Shown piece by piece: positions 9,294 through 21,006 of a stretch of DNA of 64,000 nt; the stretch's first letter is position 1, and the number at the start of each line of letters is the position of its first letter. This DNA is from Nitrospirales bacterium (GTDB taxonomy: Bacteria; Nitrospirota; Nitrospiria; Nitrospirales; UBA8639). The translations under genes were made by a program, and so were the position numbers. Location of the stretch: NCBI GenBank assembly GCA_963422365.1, contig OY729426.1, positions 704,001 to 768,000 on the forward strand. Reading direction: 5' to 3'. The notes under the pieces were generated by a model. It saw only the letters and a program-made list of their open reading frames with translations. It had not been told where the DNA came from and ran no database searches.

Positions 9294-11786
9294 TCAAAAC
9301 CCTTTCGTCTCCGCCGCGTTGCCGGTCCCGTTGGTGCCATTGCTCCCTTCGGCGGCGGTGCTCTCCGCAAGTTTCGCCACATCCACGACTCGGTCGGTGT
9401 CTTCCATATCAATGAGACTCACCCCTTGGGCATTGCGCCCGATATCTCGGAGATCGGCTACTTTGGTTCTGAGAATCTTTCCTTCGGACGTCATGACCAT
9501 GATTTCATCAGATGCCTTCACCTGATGAAATGAAACAGCCAATCCATTTTTCTCGGTGACTTTGATACTGATCACCCCACGCCCCGCCCGACTCTGCGTG
9601 CGGTACTCGGTTGCCAAAGTTCGTTTCCCAAACCCCCGTTCGGTCACGGTCAAGATCGAGGCTTCGATGTTAGGCTGGATGATGGCCATCCCAATCACGT
9701 GATTGGTTTTGCCCAAGCGAATGCCCATGACCCCGCGGGCGGTCCGGCCCATGGGCCGGACATCTCCTTCTCGAAACCGAATGATCAGCCCTTTTCTGGT
9801 TCCTAGCATGATGTCGCTTCGGCCGTCCGTCATTTCAACACCAATGAGCTTATCGCCTTCCTCCAATGTCAGGGCAATGATCCCGCCCTGCCGGGGATTG
9901 CCATAGGCGGATAATTTTGTCTTCTTGATATAGCCCATGCGGGTCGCCATCACGACGTATCGGTCATCGGGGAATTCTCGAACCGGAAGCGTGGTGGTCA
10001 CTCGTTCTTCCGGGCCTAAGGCTAACAGGTTGACCATGGCCTTGCCTTTGCTGGTTCGACTGGCTTCCGGTAGTTCATGAAGTTTGAGCCAATACACTTT
10101 TCCCGCATTGGTAAAGAACAGGATGAAGTCATGCGTCGAGGCCGTCAAAATTGTTTCGACGAAATCTTCTTCCTTCACCCCCATGCCGATCTTGCCTTTT
10201 CCTCCACGGCGTTGCGCTCGGTATTCGGAGACGGGATGGCGTTTAATATAGCCTTCATGGGAAATACTGACCGCCATTTCTTCATCGGCTATCAAATCCT
10301 CAATATTTATCTCCGCTTCTTGCGGAATGATCTGGGTGCGGCGCGCATCTTGATAGGTGGTGTTGAGTGCAATCAGATCGTCCCTGATGACGCGTTTGAC
10401 TAAATCCTCCGACCCCAGAATGGCCTGAAACGACGCAATCTTGGCTTTGAGTTCTTCATACTCTTGCGAGAGTTTCTGTTGTTCGAGTTGTGTCAACCGT
10501 TGGAGCCGCATGTCTAAGATGGCTTGTGCCTGAATCTCTGACAGGGGAAATTGTTGCGTGAGGGCGACCTTGGCTTCGTCGGGCGACGCTGCTCGACGAA
10601 GCAACGCAATCACTGCCTCCACGTGCGTTAACGCAACCTGGAGGCCTTCGACAATATGCGCCCGTTCTTCGGCTTTCCGTAATTCGTAGGCGGTTCGCCG
10701 AATGACCACTTCGCGTCGATGATCGAGAAAGGCCTCCAAGATTTGTTTGAGGGTCAAAATCTCAGGCCGGTTATGCACGAGCGCGAGCATAATGACCCCG
10801 AACGTATTCTGGAGCTGGGTGTGCTTGTACAACTGATTCAAGATGACGAGCGGGAGCTCGCCTTTTTTGAGTTCGATCACGACACGGAGGCCGTCTCGAT
10901 CCGATTCATCTCGAATATCGGAAATACCTTCCAGGCGTTTCTCTTGAACCAACTCGGCAATTTTCTCGAGCAGCTTGGCTTTGTTCACCTGGTACGGAAT
11001 TTCGGTGACGATGATGCTCGTCCGATCCCGCTTCTCATCCGTTTCCATGTGCGTTTTGGCGCGGACGGTCAAGAGCCCTCGCCCGTGTTCATAGGCGTCT
11101 TTGATCCCTTGCGTTCCATAAATAAATCCAGCCGTGGGAAAATCAGGACCTGGAATCAGGTCCATCAATTCCGCAATAGACACTTCAGGGTTGTCGAGGA
11201 TGTGGAGTAACGCGGTGACGACTTCGCCAAGATTATGCGTGGGAATGTTGGTGGCGTAGCCAACGGCGATCCCACCGGCCCCATTGATTAACAGGTTGGG
11301 GACTTTGGCCGGTAACACCAGCGGTTCGACATCTGATTCATCATACGTGGGTCCGAAATCAACCGTTTCCTGATCGATATCCGCCAACATTTCGCCGGCT
11401 AATTTCGTCAGCCGCGCTTCGGTATAGCGCATGGCTGCCGGGGGATCGCCGTCAACCGACCCATAATTCCCTTGGCCGTCTACCAGGGCATAGCGCATGT
11501 TGAAGTCTTGCGCCAGGCGCACCAGTGTATCGTAAATAGCCGAGTCGCCATGCGGATGATAGTTCCCCATGATTTCGCCCACGATCTTGGCTGACTTGCG
11601 GTAGGCTCTGTTATGCGCTAAGCCCATTTGGTTCATGCCATACAAAATACGCCGATGCACGGGCTTCAACCCATCACGGACATCCGGCAAGGCGCGTCCC
11701 ACGATCACGCTCATGGCGTAATCCAAGTACGACAGGCGCATCTCATCTTCGATGGCGACTTGAGTGAAGCGTTCTTCCGTGGGCAT
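9294..11786 (-). CDS. gyrA: DNA gyrase subunit A
   Basis: 'YLDYAMSVIVGRALPDVRDGLKPVHRR', catalytic 'AAMRYTE', GyrA box 'QRRGGKG'. Confidence 0.98.
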   Translation of the reverse strand: MPTEERFTQVAIEDEMRLSYLDYAMSVIVGRALPDVRDGLKPVHRRILYGMNQMGLAHNRAYRKSAKIVGEIMGNYHPHGDSAIYDTLVRLAQDFNMRYALVDGQGNYGSVDGDPPAAMRYTEARLTKLAGEMLADIDQETVDFGPTYDESDVEPLVLPAKVPNLLINGAGGIAVGYATNIPTHNLGEVVTALLHILDNPEVSIAELMDLIPGPDFPTAGFIYGTQGIKDAYEHGRGLLTVRAKTHMETDEKRDRTSIIVTEIPYQVNKAKLLEKIAELVQEKRLEGISDIRDESDRDGLRVVIELKKGELPLVILNQLYKHTQLQNTFGVIMLALVHNRPEILTLKQILEAFLDHRREVVIRRTAYELRKAEERAHIVEGLQVALTHVEAVIALLRRAASPDEAKVALTQQFPLSEIQAQAILDMRLQRLTQLEQQKLSQEYEELKAKIASFQAILGSEDLVKRVIRDDLIALNTTYQDARRTQIIPQEAEINIEDLIADEEMAVSISHEGYIKRHPVSEYRAQRRGGKGKIGMGVKEEDFVETILTASTHDFILFFTNAGKVYWLKLHELPEASRTSKGKAMVNLLALGPEERVTTTLPVREFPDDRYVVMATRMGYIKKTKLSAYGNPRQGGIIALTLEEGDKLIGVEMTDGRSDIMLGTRKGLIIRFREGDVRPMGRTARGVMGIRLGKTNHVIGMAIIQPNIEASILTVTERGFGKRTLATEYRTQSRAGRGVISIKVTEKNGLAVSFHQVKASDEIMVMTSEGKILRTKVADLRDIGRNAQGVSLIDMEDTDRVVDVAKLAESTAAEGSNGTNGTGNAAETKGF

Positions 11787-11823
11787 ATGGGGTTGGGAGG
11801 GTTCGATCTGGGTTGACGGTTGC

Positions 11824-14364
<2,541 letters not shown>

Positions 14365-14375
14365 CTAAGGGTGCA

Positions 14376-15527
14376 TTAAACTTTGACGGGCATCACGACG
14401 GTTTGAAACAAAGGGGAATCAAGCTCTCGAATCAAACAAGGGCTAAGGGGCGCCTCCATATTGAGAACCACCATTTCGCTTTCAATGACGCCTAACACTT
14501 CGAGAAGATAGCGTGCATTAAACCCAGCGGAAAATTCCTCACCGTGAAAACTGGCGAGAATATCTTCTTTCGCTTCCCCCATGTCCGGATGACTGGAAAA
14601 GAGCGTGATGGCTTTCTTTGAAAAAGTCAGTTTGACCGCAGAGGTCTTATCCTGAGACAGGACCGATACGCGTCGCAGGGCCCCTTCGAGTTCATCCCGA
14701 TTCACCGTTATTCCTTTGTTGCTCACCCGGGGAATGACCTGTTGGTAGTTGGGGTAATTTCCTTCCATCAGCCGAGAGGTCAGGACCAGCCCGCTTTTTC
14801 TGAAGATCAACATGTTTTTGGTAAAACCGATCATCGGCTCATCCCCACCTTCTTCTAACAATCGTCGAATTTCAGCTGCCGCTTTTTTCGGGACAATCAC
14901 CTTGACTTCTTGATCAAGGGCTTTTATCGGGGATCCGGAACCCTGGCTCCCCGCTTCCGCGGGGACGAGTTTCTGGTCCGCCATCGCTAACCGATGCCCG
15001 TCGGTCCCCACTAATCGAATAAGCGGTTCCCCGCCTGAAGTCGTGACAATAATTAACAACCCATTGAGCACATAACGCGTATCGTTATCGCCCACTGCAA
15101 ACAGTGTCTTTCGAATGAGCTGCAGTAAGCCCATACCGGGTAATGGTATGAGGTCTTCTCGCTCAATGGACGGCAACGGCGGAAAATCTTTACTGGTAAG
15201 CCCCACGACGTTAAATTGACCGCGGCCGGCCTGAATAGTGACCAGACAATTGTCCGTCACCGTCATGACAATTTCCGAGTCTTTGATTTCTTTGAGAATT
15301 TCATAGAGTTTTCTTGCAGAGAACGTCACCGACCCGGGTTCTTCGACCGTTGCTTTATAGAGCCCCCGCATGCCGAGTTCCAAATCCGTCGCGACAATCT
15401 CCAGCCCTTCGGGTCTGGCCTCCAATAAGACATTGGCCAAACTCGGCATAGTATTTCGTTTTTCCACTATTCCCTGAACGCGATGGAGGGCTGTCAATAG
15501 TTCGTCTCGTGCCATCGTCACTCGCAT
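14376..15527 (-). CDS. dnaN: DNA polymerase III beta sliding clamp
   Basis: 'ATDLE', 'GTDGHRLA', 'GFNARYL', terminal 'VVMPVKV'; position after dnaA. Confidence 0.97.
   Translation of the reverse strand: MRVTMARDELLTALHRVQGIVEKRNTMPSLANVLLEARPEGLEIVATDLELGMRGLYKATVEEPGSVTFSARKLYEILKEIKDSEIVMTVTDNCLVTIQAGRGQFNVVGLTSKDFPPLPSIEREDLIPLPGMGLLQLIRKTLFAVGDNDTRYVLNGLLIIVTTSGGEPLIRLVGTDGHRLAMADQKLVPAEAGSQGSGSPIKALDQEVKVIVPKKAAAEIRRLLEEGGDEPMIGFTKNMLIFRKSGLVLTSRLMEGNYPNYQQVIPRVSNKGITVNRDELEGALRRVSVLSQDKTSAVKLTFSKKAITLFSSHPDMGEAKEDILASFHGEEFSAGFNARYLLEVLGVIESEMVVLNMEAPLSPCLIRELDSPLFQTVVMPVKV
14943..14969. repeat. 27-bp palindromic element in-frame inside dnaN (LVPAEAGSQ)
   Basis: CTGGCTCCCCGCTTCCGCGGGGACGAG, 2 mismatches to the 9183 copy. 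Confidence 0.75.
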
Positions 15528-15543
15528 GAGAGGCTCCCTTCTG

Positions 15544-16917
15544 TTAGGCCTTACCGATTTCGTCTTTCAGACTTTCCACCGTCGTACGTAAGGAGTGGTC
15601 TTTTTCTAGGGTTTTTTCTATTTGGCGACAGGCATGGATGATAGTTGTATGGTCTTTTCCCCCGAACTCACGCCCAATTTCTGGGAAAGAGGCGGCTGTG
15701 AGTTCTCGGGACAGGTACATGGCAATTTGCCGAGGATGGACCACTGTTTTGGTTCGTCGCTTCGATTTCAACTCTGAGACTTTGACTTGAAACCGCTTGG
15801 CAACGACATCTTGCACATCTTCTAAGGTGATCACTTTTTTTTGACTCCCCAATAAATCACGAAGAATATTTTTCGCCATGTCTATAGTAATGGTTTGGCC
15901 GATCAGCGTGCAGTACGCCCCCAACCGGATCAAGGCACCTTCCAATTCACGGATGTTGCTTTTTAACCTGTCAGCGAGAAGGTGAATCACCTCATCTTCA
16001 ATGGCGATGCCTTCTTCTTCTGATTTTTTTCTCAGGATCGCGATACGAGTTTCGACATCAGGAGGTTGAAGATCGGCTATCAAGCCCCACTCAAATCGTG
16101 ATCGCAATCGTTCTTCCATGGAGGGCATTTCTTTGGGAAACCGGTCACTGGATAGGACAATTTGTTTTCTTGCCTCATACAACGCATTAAATGTGTGGAA
16201 AAATTCTTCCTGGGTCCGCTCTTTTCCTGCGAGGAATTGAATATCATCAATAAGAAGCATATCGATAGTACGATAGCGCCTTCGAAGTTCCATCATCTTA
16301 TCGAATCGAATCGAATTTATGACTTCATTTGTGAATTGCTCTGTTGTTATATAAGCAATCCGAATCTCCTCCTTCTGTATGACAAAATTTCCAATCGAAT
16401 TGAGGAGGTGTGTTTTTCCTAATCCCACCCCCCCGTATATAAAGAACGGATTGTAGGCATGAGCTGGCGCTTCGGCAACAGCTAGACTCGCAGCATGAGC
16501 AAACTGGTTGCTTGCTCCGACCACAAAACTCTTAAAGGTATATTTGGGATTCGGTAATTGCCTACGAACTTGCCTTTGATTGCGAGCATCCGGAGGTTTA
16601 TCTGTTTTCTCTTCTTGCACAGGAGAGAGAGAAGTCGGTTGTTCGCCTACAACAAACTCGACTTCGACCCCTCCTTCTCCCATACCAACTGGCCGAACTG
16701 TTTGCAAGGCTTCGCTAATAACCTGACGATAATTTCGGCCTAACCATTCCCCGAAAAAATTATTAGGGACGATGATGGTGGCGTTTATCCCATTAAACCC
16801 CCCCAACTTTGTCGGTTGAAACCAGGTTTCTACTACTTCATTCCCCATTTGGGACTGGATAAAACCCAAGGCCTTTTCCCAAATACTCGACCCCTTCGAG
16901 TCGCTCTTTTTCACCAT
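15544..16917 (-). CDS. dnaA: Chromosomal replication initiator DnaA
   Basis: 'YNPFFIYGGVGLGKTHL', 'DDIQF', 'RLRSRFEWG', domain IV 'GREFGGKDHTT'. Confidence 0.98.
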   Translation of the reverse strand: MVKKSDSKGSSIWEKALGFIQSQMGNEVVETWFQPTKLGGFNGINATIIVPNNFFGEWLGRNYRQVISEALQTVRPVGMGEGGVEVEFVVGEQPTSLSPVQEEKTDKPPDARNQRQVRRQLPNPKYTFKSFVVGASNQFAHAASLAVAEAPAHAYNPFFIYGGVGLGKTHLLNSIGNFVIQKEEIRIAYITTEQFTNEVINSIRFDKMMELRRRYRTIDMLLIDDIQFLAGKERTQEEFFHTFNALYEARKQIVLSSDRFPKEMPSMEERLRSRFEWGLIADLQPPDVETRIAILRKKSEEEGIAIEDEVIHLLADRLKSNIRELEGALIRLGAYCTLIGQTITIDMAKNILRDLLGSQKKVITLEDVQDVVAKRFQVKVSELKSKRRTKTVVHPRQIAMYLSRELTAASFPEIGREFGGKDHTTIIHACRQIEKTLEKDHSLRTTVESLKDEIGKA

Positions 16918-17160
16918 AGTTACTCACAATCTTATCAACATCTGTTGACAACTATCTATTTTAAGGGAAGGTTCCACTTTTTCATTGATACTCTCTAAAT
17001 AATCAACACTTTCCCCCTATATTTCTCACAATATTTTGACTCATGATCCTGTTGCTTTTCCACATACTCGCTATTATTTTTTATTAACAAAATCATTAAG
17101 ATATACACAATCCTTCTCATTCACAGCTACTTCTACTCTTACTTCCGTTTCTCCTATTTT
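16918..17160. promoter_or_regulatory. Putative oriC
   Basis: AT-rich; DnaA-box-like 9-mers TTACTCACA 16920, TTATCAACA 16932, TGTTGACAA 16943, TAATCAACA 17000, TTTTCCACA 17056, TTATTAACA 17081, TCATTCACA 17117; then the trio-like tract CTACTTCTACTCTTACTT. Confidence 0.8.
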
Positions 17161-17165
17161 CTTGT

Positions 17166-17429
17166 TTAAGAAGAGGAAATAATAGTATCCGCCTCAAAAA
17201 TCATTTTCAGCATATCAGGATAATGAATAGACGGATATACAAGGGTACCCTCTTTTTCGCCCTTTCCCCCATCAAGTAGATAACACGGAAAGGGAAGGGG
17301 TTTCTCAAAGGCAGGATTGCTCTGAAGAAATACCCCTTGTACCGAGTAGTCGGAAAAATTACAGGCAGCGATGATGTTCTCCATGGAGGATTCAGTTCTT
17401 GGCGATAAAAAAAAGAGAACTTTTCTCAT
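17166..17429 (-). CDS. Small DsrH/TusB-like hypothetical protein
   Basis: 87 aa; C-terminal 'IHYPDMLKMIFEADTII' resembles DsrH-like ends; paired with a DsrE/F-like gene. Confidence 0.45.
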   Translation of the reverse strand: MRKVLFFLSPRTESSMENIIAACNFSDYSVQGVFLQSNPAFEKPLPFPCYLLDGGKGEKEGTLVYPSIHYPDMLKMIFEADTIISSS

Positions 17430-17439
17430 AGGCTGTATC

Positions 17440-17784
17440 TCAAAACACCAACACGCGGTCAGCTTGGCAAAGCAAGGACGTTATTTCTAATCGTGGAACT
17501 TCTTGAATGGCAAATTCTTGATCCAAAGAAAAAATCTCTGAGCTTCCCTCTGGAACCACTAGGGTAAGTTGAAGTTCTTGAATAACAGGAAGATGTCTTT
17601 CTAGGATTTCCCCATCAACAACATCACTCGTTTCTTCACTCAATAACATTCTAGCTTGTCCAAGAAGAATAACCGTTAACGATGAAGCACCGGTTGACAA
17701 ACCGAGAGCGATACGAAGCCCTTCAGTTGGACGATGCGTTTCCAGAGGATTGCTCTGAATTAACACCAGTATCGAAGGTGCCAT
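17440..17784 (-). CDS. DsrE/DsrF-like protein
   Basis: 'ILVLIQSNP...TEGLRIALGL', C-terminal 'ADRVLVF'. Confidence 0.65.
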   Translation of the reverse strand: MAPSILVLIQSNPLETHRPTEGLRIALGLSTGASSLTVILLGQARMLLSEETSDVVDGEILERHLPVIQELQLTLVVPEGSSEIFSLDQEFAIQEVPRLEITSLLCQADRVLVF

Positions 17785-18014
17785 AATGAAAAAAGAAGTA
17801 AATAGACCGTCACTCTACGCAGAGTACGCAGAGCAAAACGTGTGAGTTGGGCGATTGAAAATTTTCAAAAATCTCCTCTTTGTGCATGAGGCACAGACCC
17901 TCAATCTCGAGACTAAAAAAAAATCAAAAATCGACGTTATTACAAGTACCATTACTTATTGAAAAATAAAGAAAAAATCGTATTCCTACTCAACGAAAAA
18001 GTCAATAAATATTT

Positions 18015-19289
18015 CTACGTGCTTACCGAAAGTTGAGGCAATTTGAGGCGTGTCAAAATAGCGGAAGACGCGGTGTCCAAGGGGTATAATTGCTGCTCTT
18101 TGGTAGCCATATTTCTCAAGATTATCTGGTTGTTTGTCACCTCATCGTCTCCGAGAATTATGACATAAGGCGCCCTCAGCCGGTCTGCAGAGCGAAGGAG
18201 GGTTTTTAAGGTAGAGGCATTGTAATCAGTATCTGCCTTGACTTGCTTTAGGCGAAGGGAATCTAGAAGGGATAAGCCTGCGGGCCGCCCTTTTTCCCCA
18301 AACGATGCAACAAAAATCCATAATTCCGGTGATGGCAGAATTGCTTCAGGAAGGGCGAGTATCACCCTGTCAAGGCCTATGGCAAAGCCGACCGCTGGCG
18401 TGGGAGTTCCTCCTAACGTTTGAAATAAACCATCATATCGTCCTCCGGCACCAATGGCATTTTGGGCCCCGAGCGCGGAGCATGAGACCTCAAAGGTCGT
18501 CATGGAATAATAGTCTAATCCCCTGACGAGCCGGGGATTAATGGAATAAGGAATGGCTAATGCTTGTAACCCATGGACCACCTGGTCAAAGTGTTGTTTG
18601 GAGAGTGGAGAAAGAAAATCTGTTAAGGGAGGAATCTCTTTCGTGGCTTCACGACAGTGGGCGACTTTACAATCCAAGGTTCGAAGGGGGTTTGCGTCCA
18701 TTCGTCTCTGGCAATTGTCGCAAAGGAGGGCACTCTTTGTCTTAAGAAAGGCAACCAATTCCTTTTTATACATTTGGCGGTCTGTCGGGACTCCCAGGGA
18801 ATTGAGATCCAACAAGAGGCCTGGCAACTGAAGGGCTGAAAAATATCTCCAGAGTATCGTAATGATCTCGACATCGGCAGAGGGGTCAGAACTGCCAATA
18901 AATTCGACTCCAAACTGATGAAATTGCCGTAAACGACCAGCTTGAGGTCGTTCATGGCGAAACATCGGTCCAATGTAATAGAGTTTTCTCGATGAATGGT
19001 GGGTCTTCAGCCCCTGTTCGATAAACGCGCGAACGACACCTGCGGTTCCTTCGGGGCGAAGTGTTAAAGAGGTTCCATCCTTGTCAGGGAACGTATACAT
19101 TTCCTTTTCAACAATATCGGTGGTGCCCCCGATACTCTGAATATAGAGTTCTGTTTTTTCAAAAACAGGAATCCGGATTTCATGAAATCCAAAGGAGTGA
19201 GCCAACGCGTGCGCAGTTTGTTCCACCACGCCCCACTTGGGCATTTGGTCCGGGGTAATATCCTTAATGCCTTTAATGCCTCGAATCAT
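18015..19289 (-). CDS. hisS: Histidine--tRNA ligase
   Basis: 'LRPEGTA', 'GPMFRHERPQAGRLRQFHQ', 'RGLDYY', 'GGRYD'. Confidence 0.97.
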   Translation of the reverse strand: MIRGIKGIKDITPDQMPKWGVVEQTAHALAHSFGFHEIRIPVFEKTELYIQSIGGTTDIVEKEMYTFPDKDGTSLTLRPEGTAGVVRAFIEQGLKTHHSSRKLYYIGPMFRHERPQAGRLRQFHQFGVEFIGSSDPSADVEIITILWRYFSALQLPGLLLDLNSLGVPTDRQMYKKELVAFLKTKSALLCDNCQRRMDANPLRTLDCKVAHCREATKEIPPLTDFLSPLSKQHFDQVVHGLQALAIPYSINPRLVRGLDYYSMTTFEVSCSALGAQNAIGAGGRYDGLFQTLGGTPTPAVGFAIGLDRVILALPEAILPSPELWIFVASFGEKGRPAGLSLLDSLRLKQVKADTDYNASTLKTLLRSADRLRAPYVIILGDDEVTNNQIILRNMATKEQQLYPLDTASSAILTRLKLPQLSVST

Positions 19290-19446
19290 GGTTGCGGTCC
19301 TTATGGTTGTTGGACTTTACGGTTGGCTCTTTTATAGCCTAATCATACCCCATTGCAATCAAGAATCCATAGCGTCACGCTTGATTGACACATCCGTAAC
19401 AATCCTATGCTCGTTTTACACACGAAAAATACAGACAAAGAATCCC

Positions 19447-20030
19447 ATGCCCAAACCAGACAGTCTCATCAGCCCTATCTCGATTGACCTCGGGGCAAAA
19501 AACACCGTCGTGTATGTTGCCCATTATCCTGCGGGAGTTTGCCTTCCGATGACAGGTTCGAGAAACAAGGCAAGGTCTATCAGCTTGAAAAAGACAATTA
19601 CACGCTGCTGATGGGAGGCTGCACCGCCAGCCGTCACGAACGGCGCGGGTTTGACCGGCGGCAGAGGGTCAAACGCCTGTTCGGGTTAATCTGGCGAGAG
19701 CATTTCAATCTCCGTTGGGATGACACCATTCAGCCGCGTATCGGCTTTCTGTTGAATCATAGAGGCAGAACTTGGAGCGCTAGAACTTTGACAGTTAGTT
19801 GACTGAGTGGGCTAACGATGTCGAGGGAAGCACAAACCTTTGGTTAGACGCTATTGATAAAGAGCCAAAACGAATCCGTAACCGGCTCGTGTTCATTGTC
19901 CAGAGCAAGAAGTTGAAGGAGTATTGCATCCAACGAAAAACCGGCCCCAAAAATCCTAAAGAGAACACAGCGAATTTGTCACGGTTGTCCAACTGAAATT
20001 TCAGATCAGCAACCTTTGAGTTAGACAAGG
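19447..20030 (+). pseudogene. cas9: Type II-B (Francisella-like) Cas9 N-terminal relic
   Basis: 'ISPISIDLGAKNT' (RuvC-I); after a frameshift 'GKVYQLEKDNYTLLM..TASRHERRGFDRRQRVKRLFGLIW.EHFNLRWD...IGFLLNHRG' parallels the FnCas9 N-terminus as recalled (PIAIDLGVKNTG...GKVYELSKDSYTLLMNNRTARRHQRRGIDRKQLVKRLFKLIW); truncated. Confidence 0.88.
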
Positions 20031-20146
20031 TAGACTGGCTTCACAAGTATAACGGATTGCCTGGCAACTGAAACAGATTTGACAGTCAAGACATAGGGGA
20101 ATTATAATCGTTCCTTTACGCCTGTGTCGAAAAGAGGTTCTTTACC

Positions 20147-20293
20147 ATGTCCATGACATATCGACAACCGTCGAATCTTAAAAGAAAACGTGACCATGGG
20201 TTTCGAAAGCGAATGAGCACCAAAAACGGGAGAAAAGTGCTTGCCCGCCGTCGCCGAAAAGGCCGCTATCGTCTTACCGTATCCGATGAGTGA
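20147..20293 (+). CDS. rpmH: 50S ribosomal protein L34 (not in ORF track)
   Basis: Manual translation [48 protein letters not shown]. Confidence 0.96.
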   Translation: MSMTYRQPSNLKRKRDHGFRKRMSTKNGRKVLARRRRKGRYRLTVSDE

Positions 20294-20666
20294 CGTCCCC
20301 TCACGGTGCAGGCCGTTATTCTTGAAAAAAAAAGAGGACTTCGAGCGAGTAAAACGGGAAGGTAAGCGCATTACGACGCGGTTCTTTAATGTGGTTTCCT
20401 ATACGTCTTGTCTCGGGAATACCCGGGTTGGAATCGTGATTGGGCGTCGGTTTGGCAAAGCGGTTTTGCGGAACAGAGGGAAACGCATTTTTCGAGAATT
20501 GGTAAGGCAAACATCCCAGCGTCTTTTGAAAGGTCATGACATTATTATCTTTCCCAAACGATCAGTGCTGACGCTCAACCATCAAGACCTCTACGAAGCA
20601 TGGATCACCACCCTTATCAGCCAGGGGCTCATGGTTTCCCATGAACTTTTCTCATGCGCAAAATAG
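20286..20666 (+). CDS. rnpA: Ribonuclease P protein component
   Basis: '[25 protein letters not shown]' RNR motif; follows rpmH. Confidence 0.93.
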   Translation: MSDVPSRCRPLFLKKKEDFERVKREGKRITTRFFNVVSYTSCLGNTRVGIVIGRRFGKAVLRNRGKRIFRELVRQTSQRLLKGHDIIIFPKRSVLTLNHQDLYEAWITTLISQGLMVSHELFSCAK

Positions 20667-20863
20667 TGTTGTGGCTCATTGTCGTCTACCAAAAAATCCT
20701 GTCTCCGTATTTGGCCCCCCATTGCCGCTTTGCCCCAACCTGCTCACACTACACCAGTGAAGCGATCACCCGTCATGGCCTTCTTCGAGGAGTGTTTTTA
20801 GGGGGGTGTCGGCTTCTGAAGTGCCATCCCTTCCATCCTGGCGGGGTCGACCCCGTTCCCTAA
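20654..20863 (+). CDS. yidD: Membrane protein insertion efficiency factor YidD
   Basis: '[10 protein letters not shown]...[14 protein letters not shown]'. Confidence 0.95.
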   Translation: MRKIVLWLIVVYQKILSPYLAPHCRFAPTCSHYTSEAITRHGLLRGVFLGGCRLLKCHPFHPGGVDPVP

Positions 20864-21006
20864 GCGGATGCCAAGAGGGGCTTTCAACGAATTTCAGATT
20901 AACGATTTGCAGATGGTTGATGTCACGGGACGGGATGTCCGAGTTTCTCGTGTATCGTGAAGTAACCTGCGCAACAAAGGCAACAGAGTAAAGGGCTTTC
21001 GGTTTT

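Noticed and set aside
20030..20146. Array or tracrRNA for the Cas9 relic
   Set aside because: No repeat or anti-repeat visible; the region looks like the rpmH promoter (TTGACA...TATAAT)
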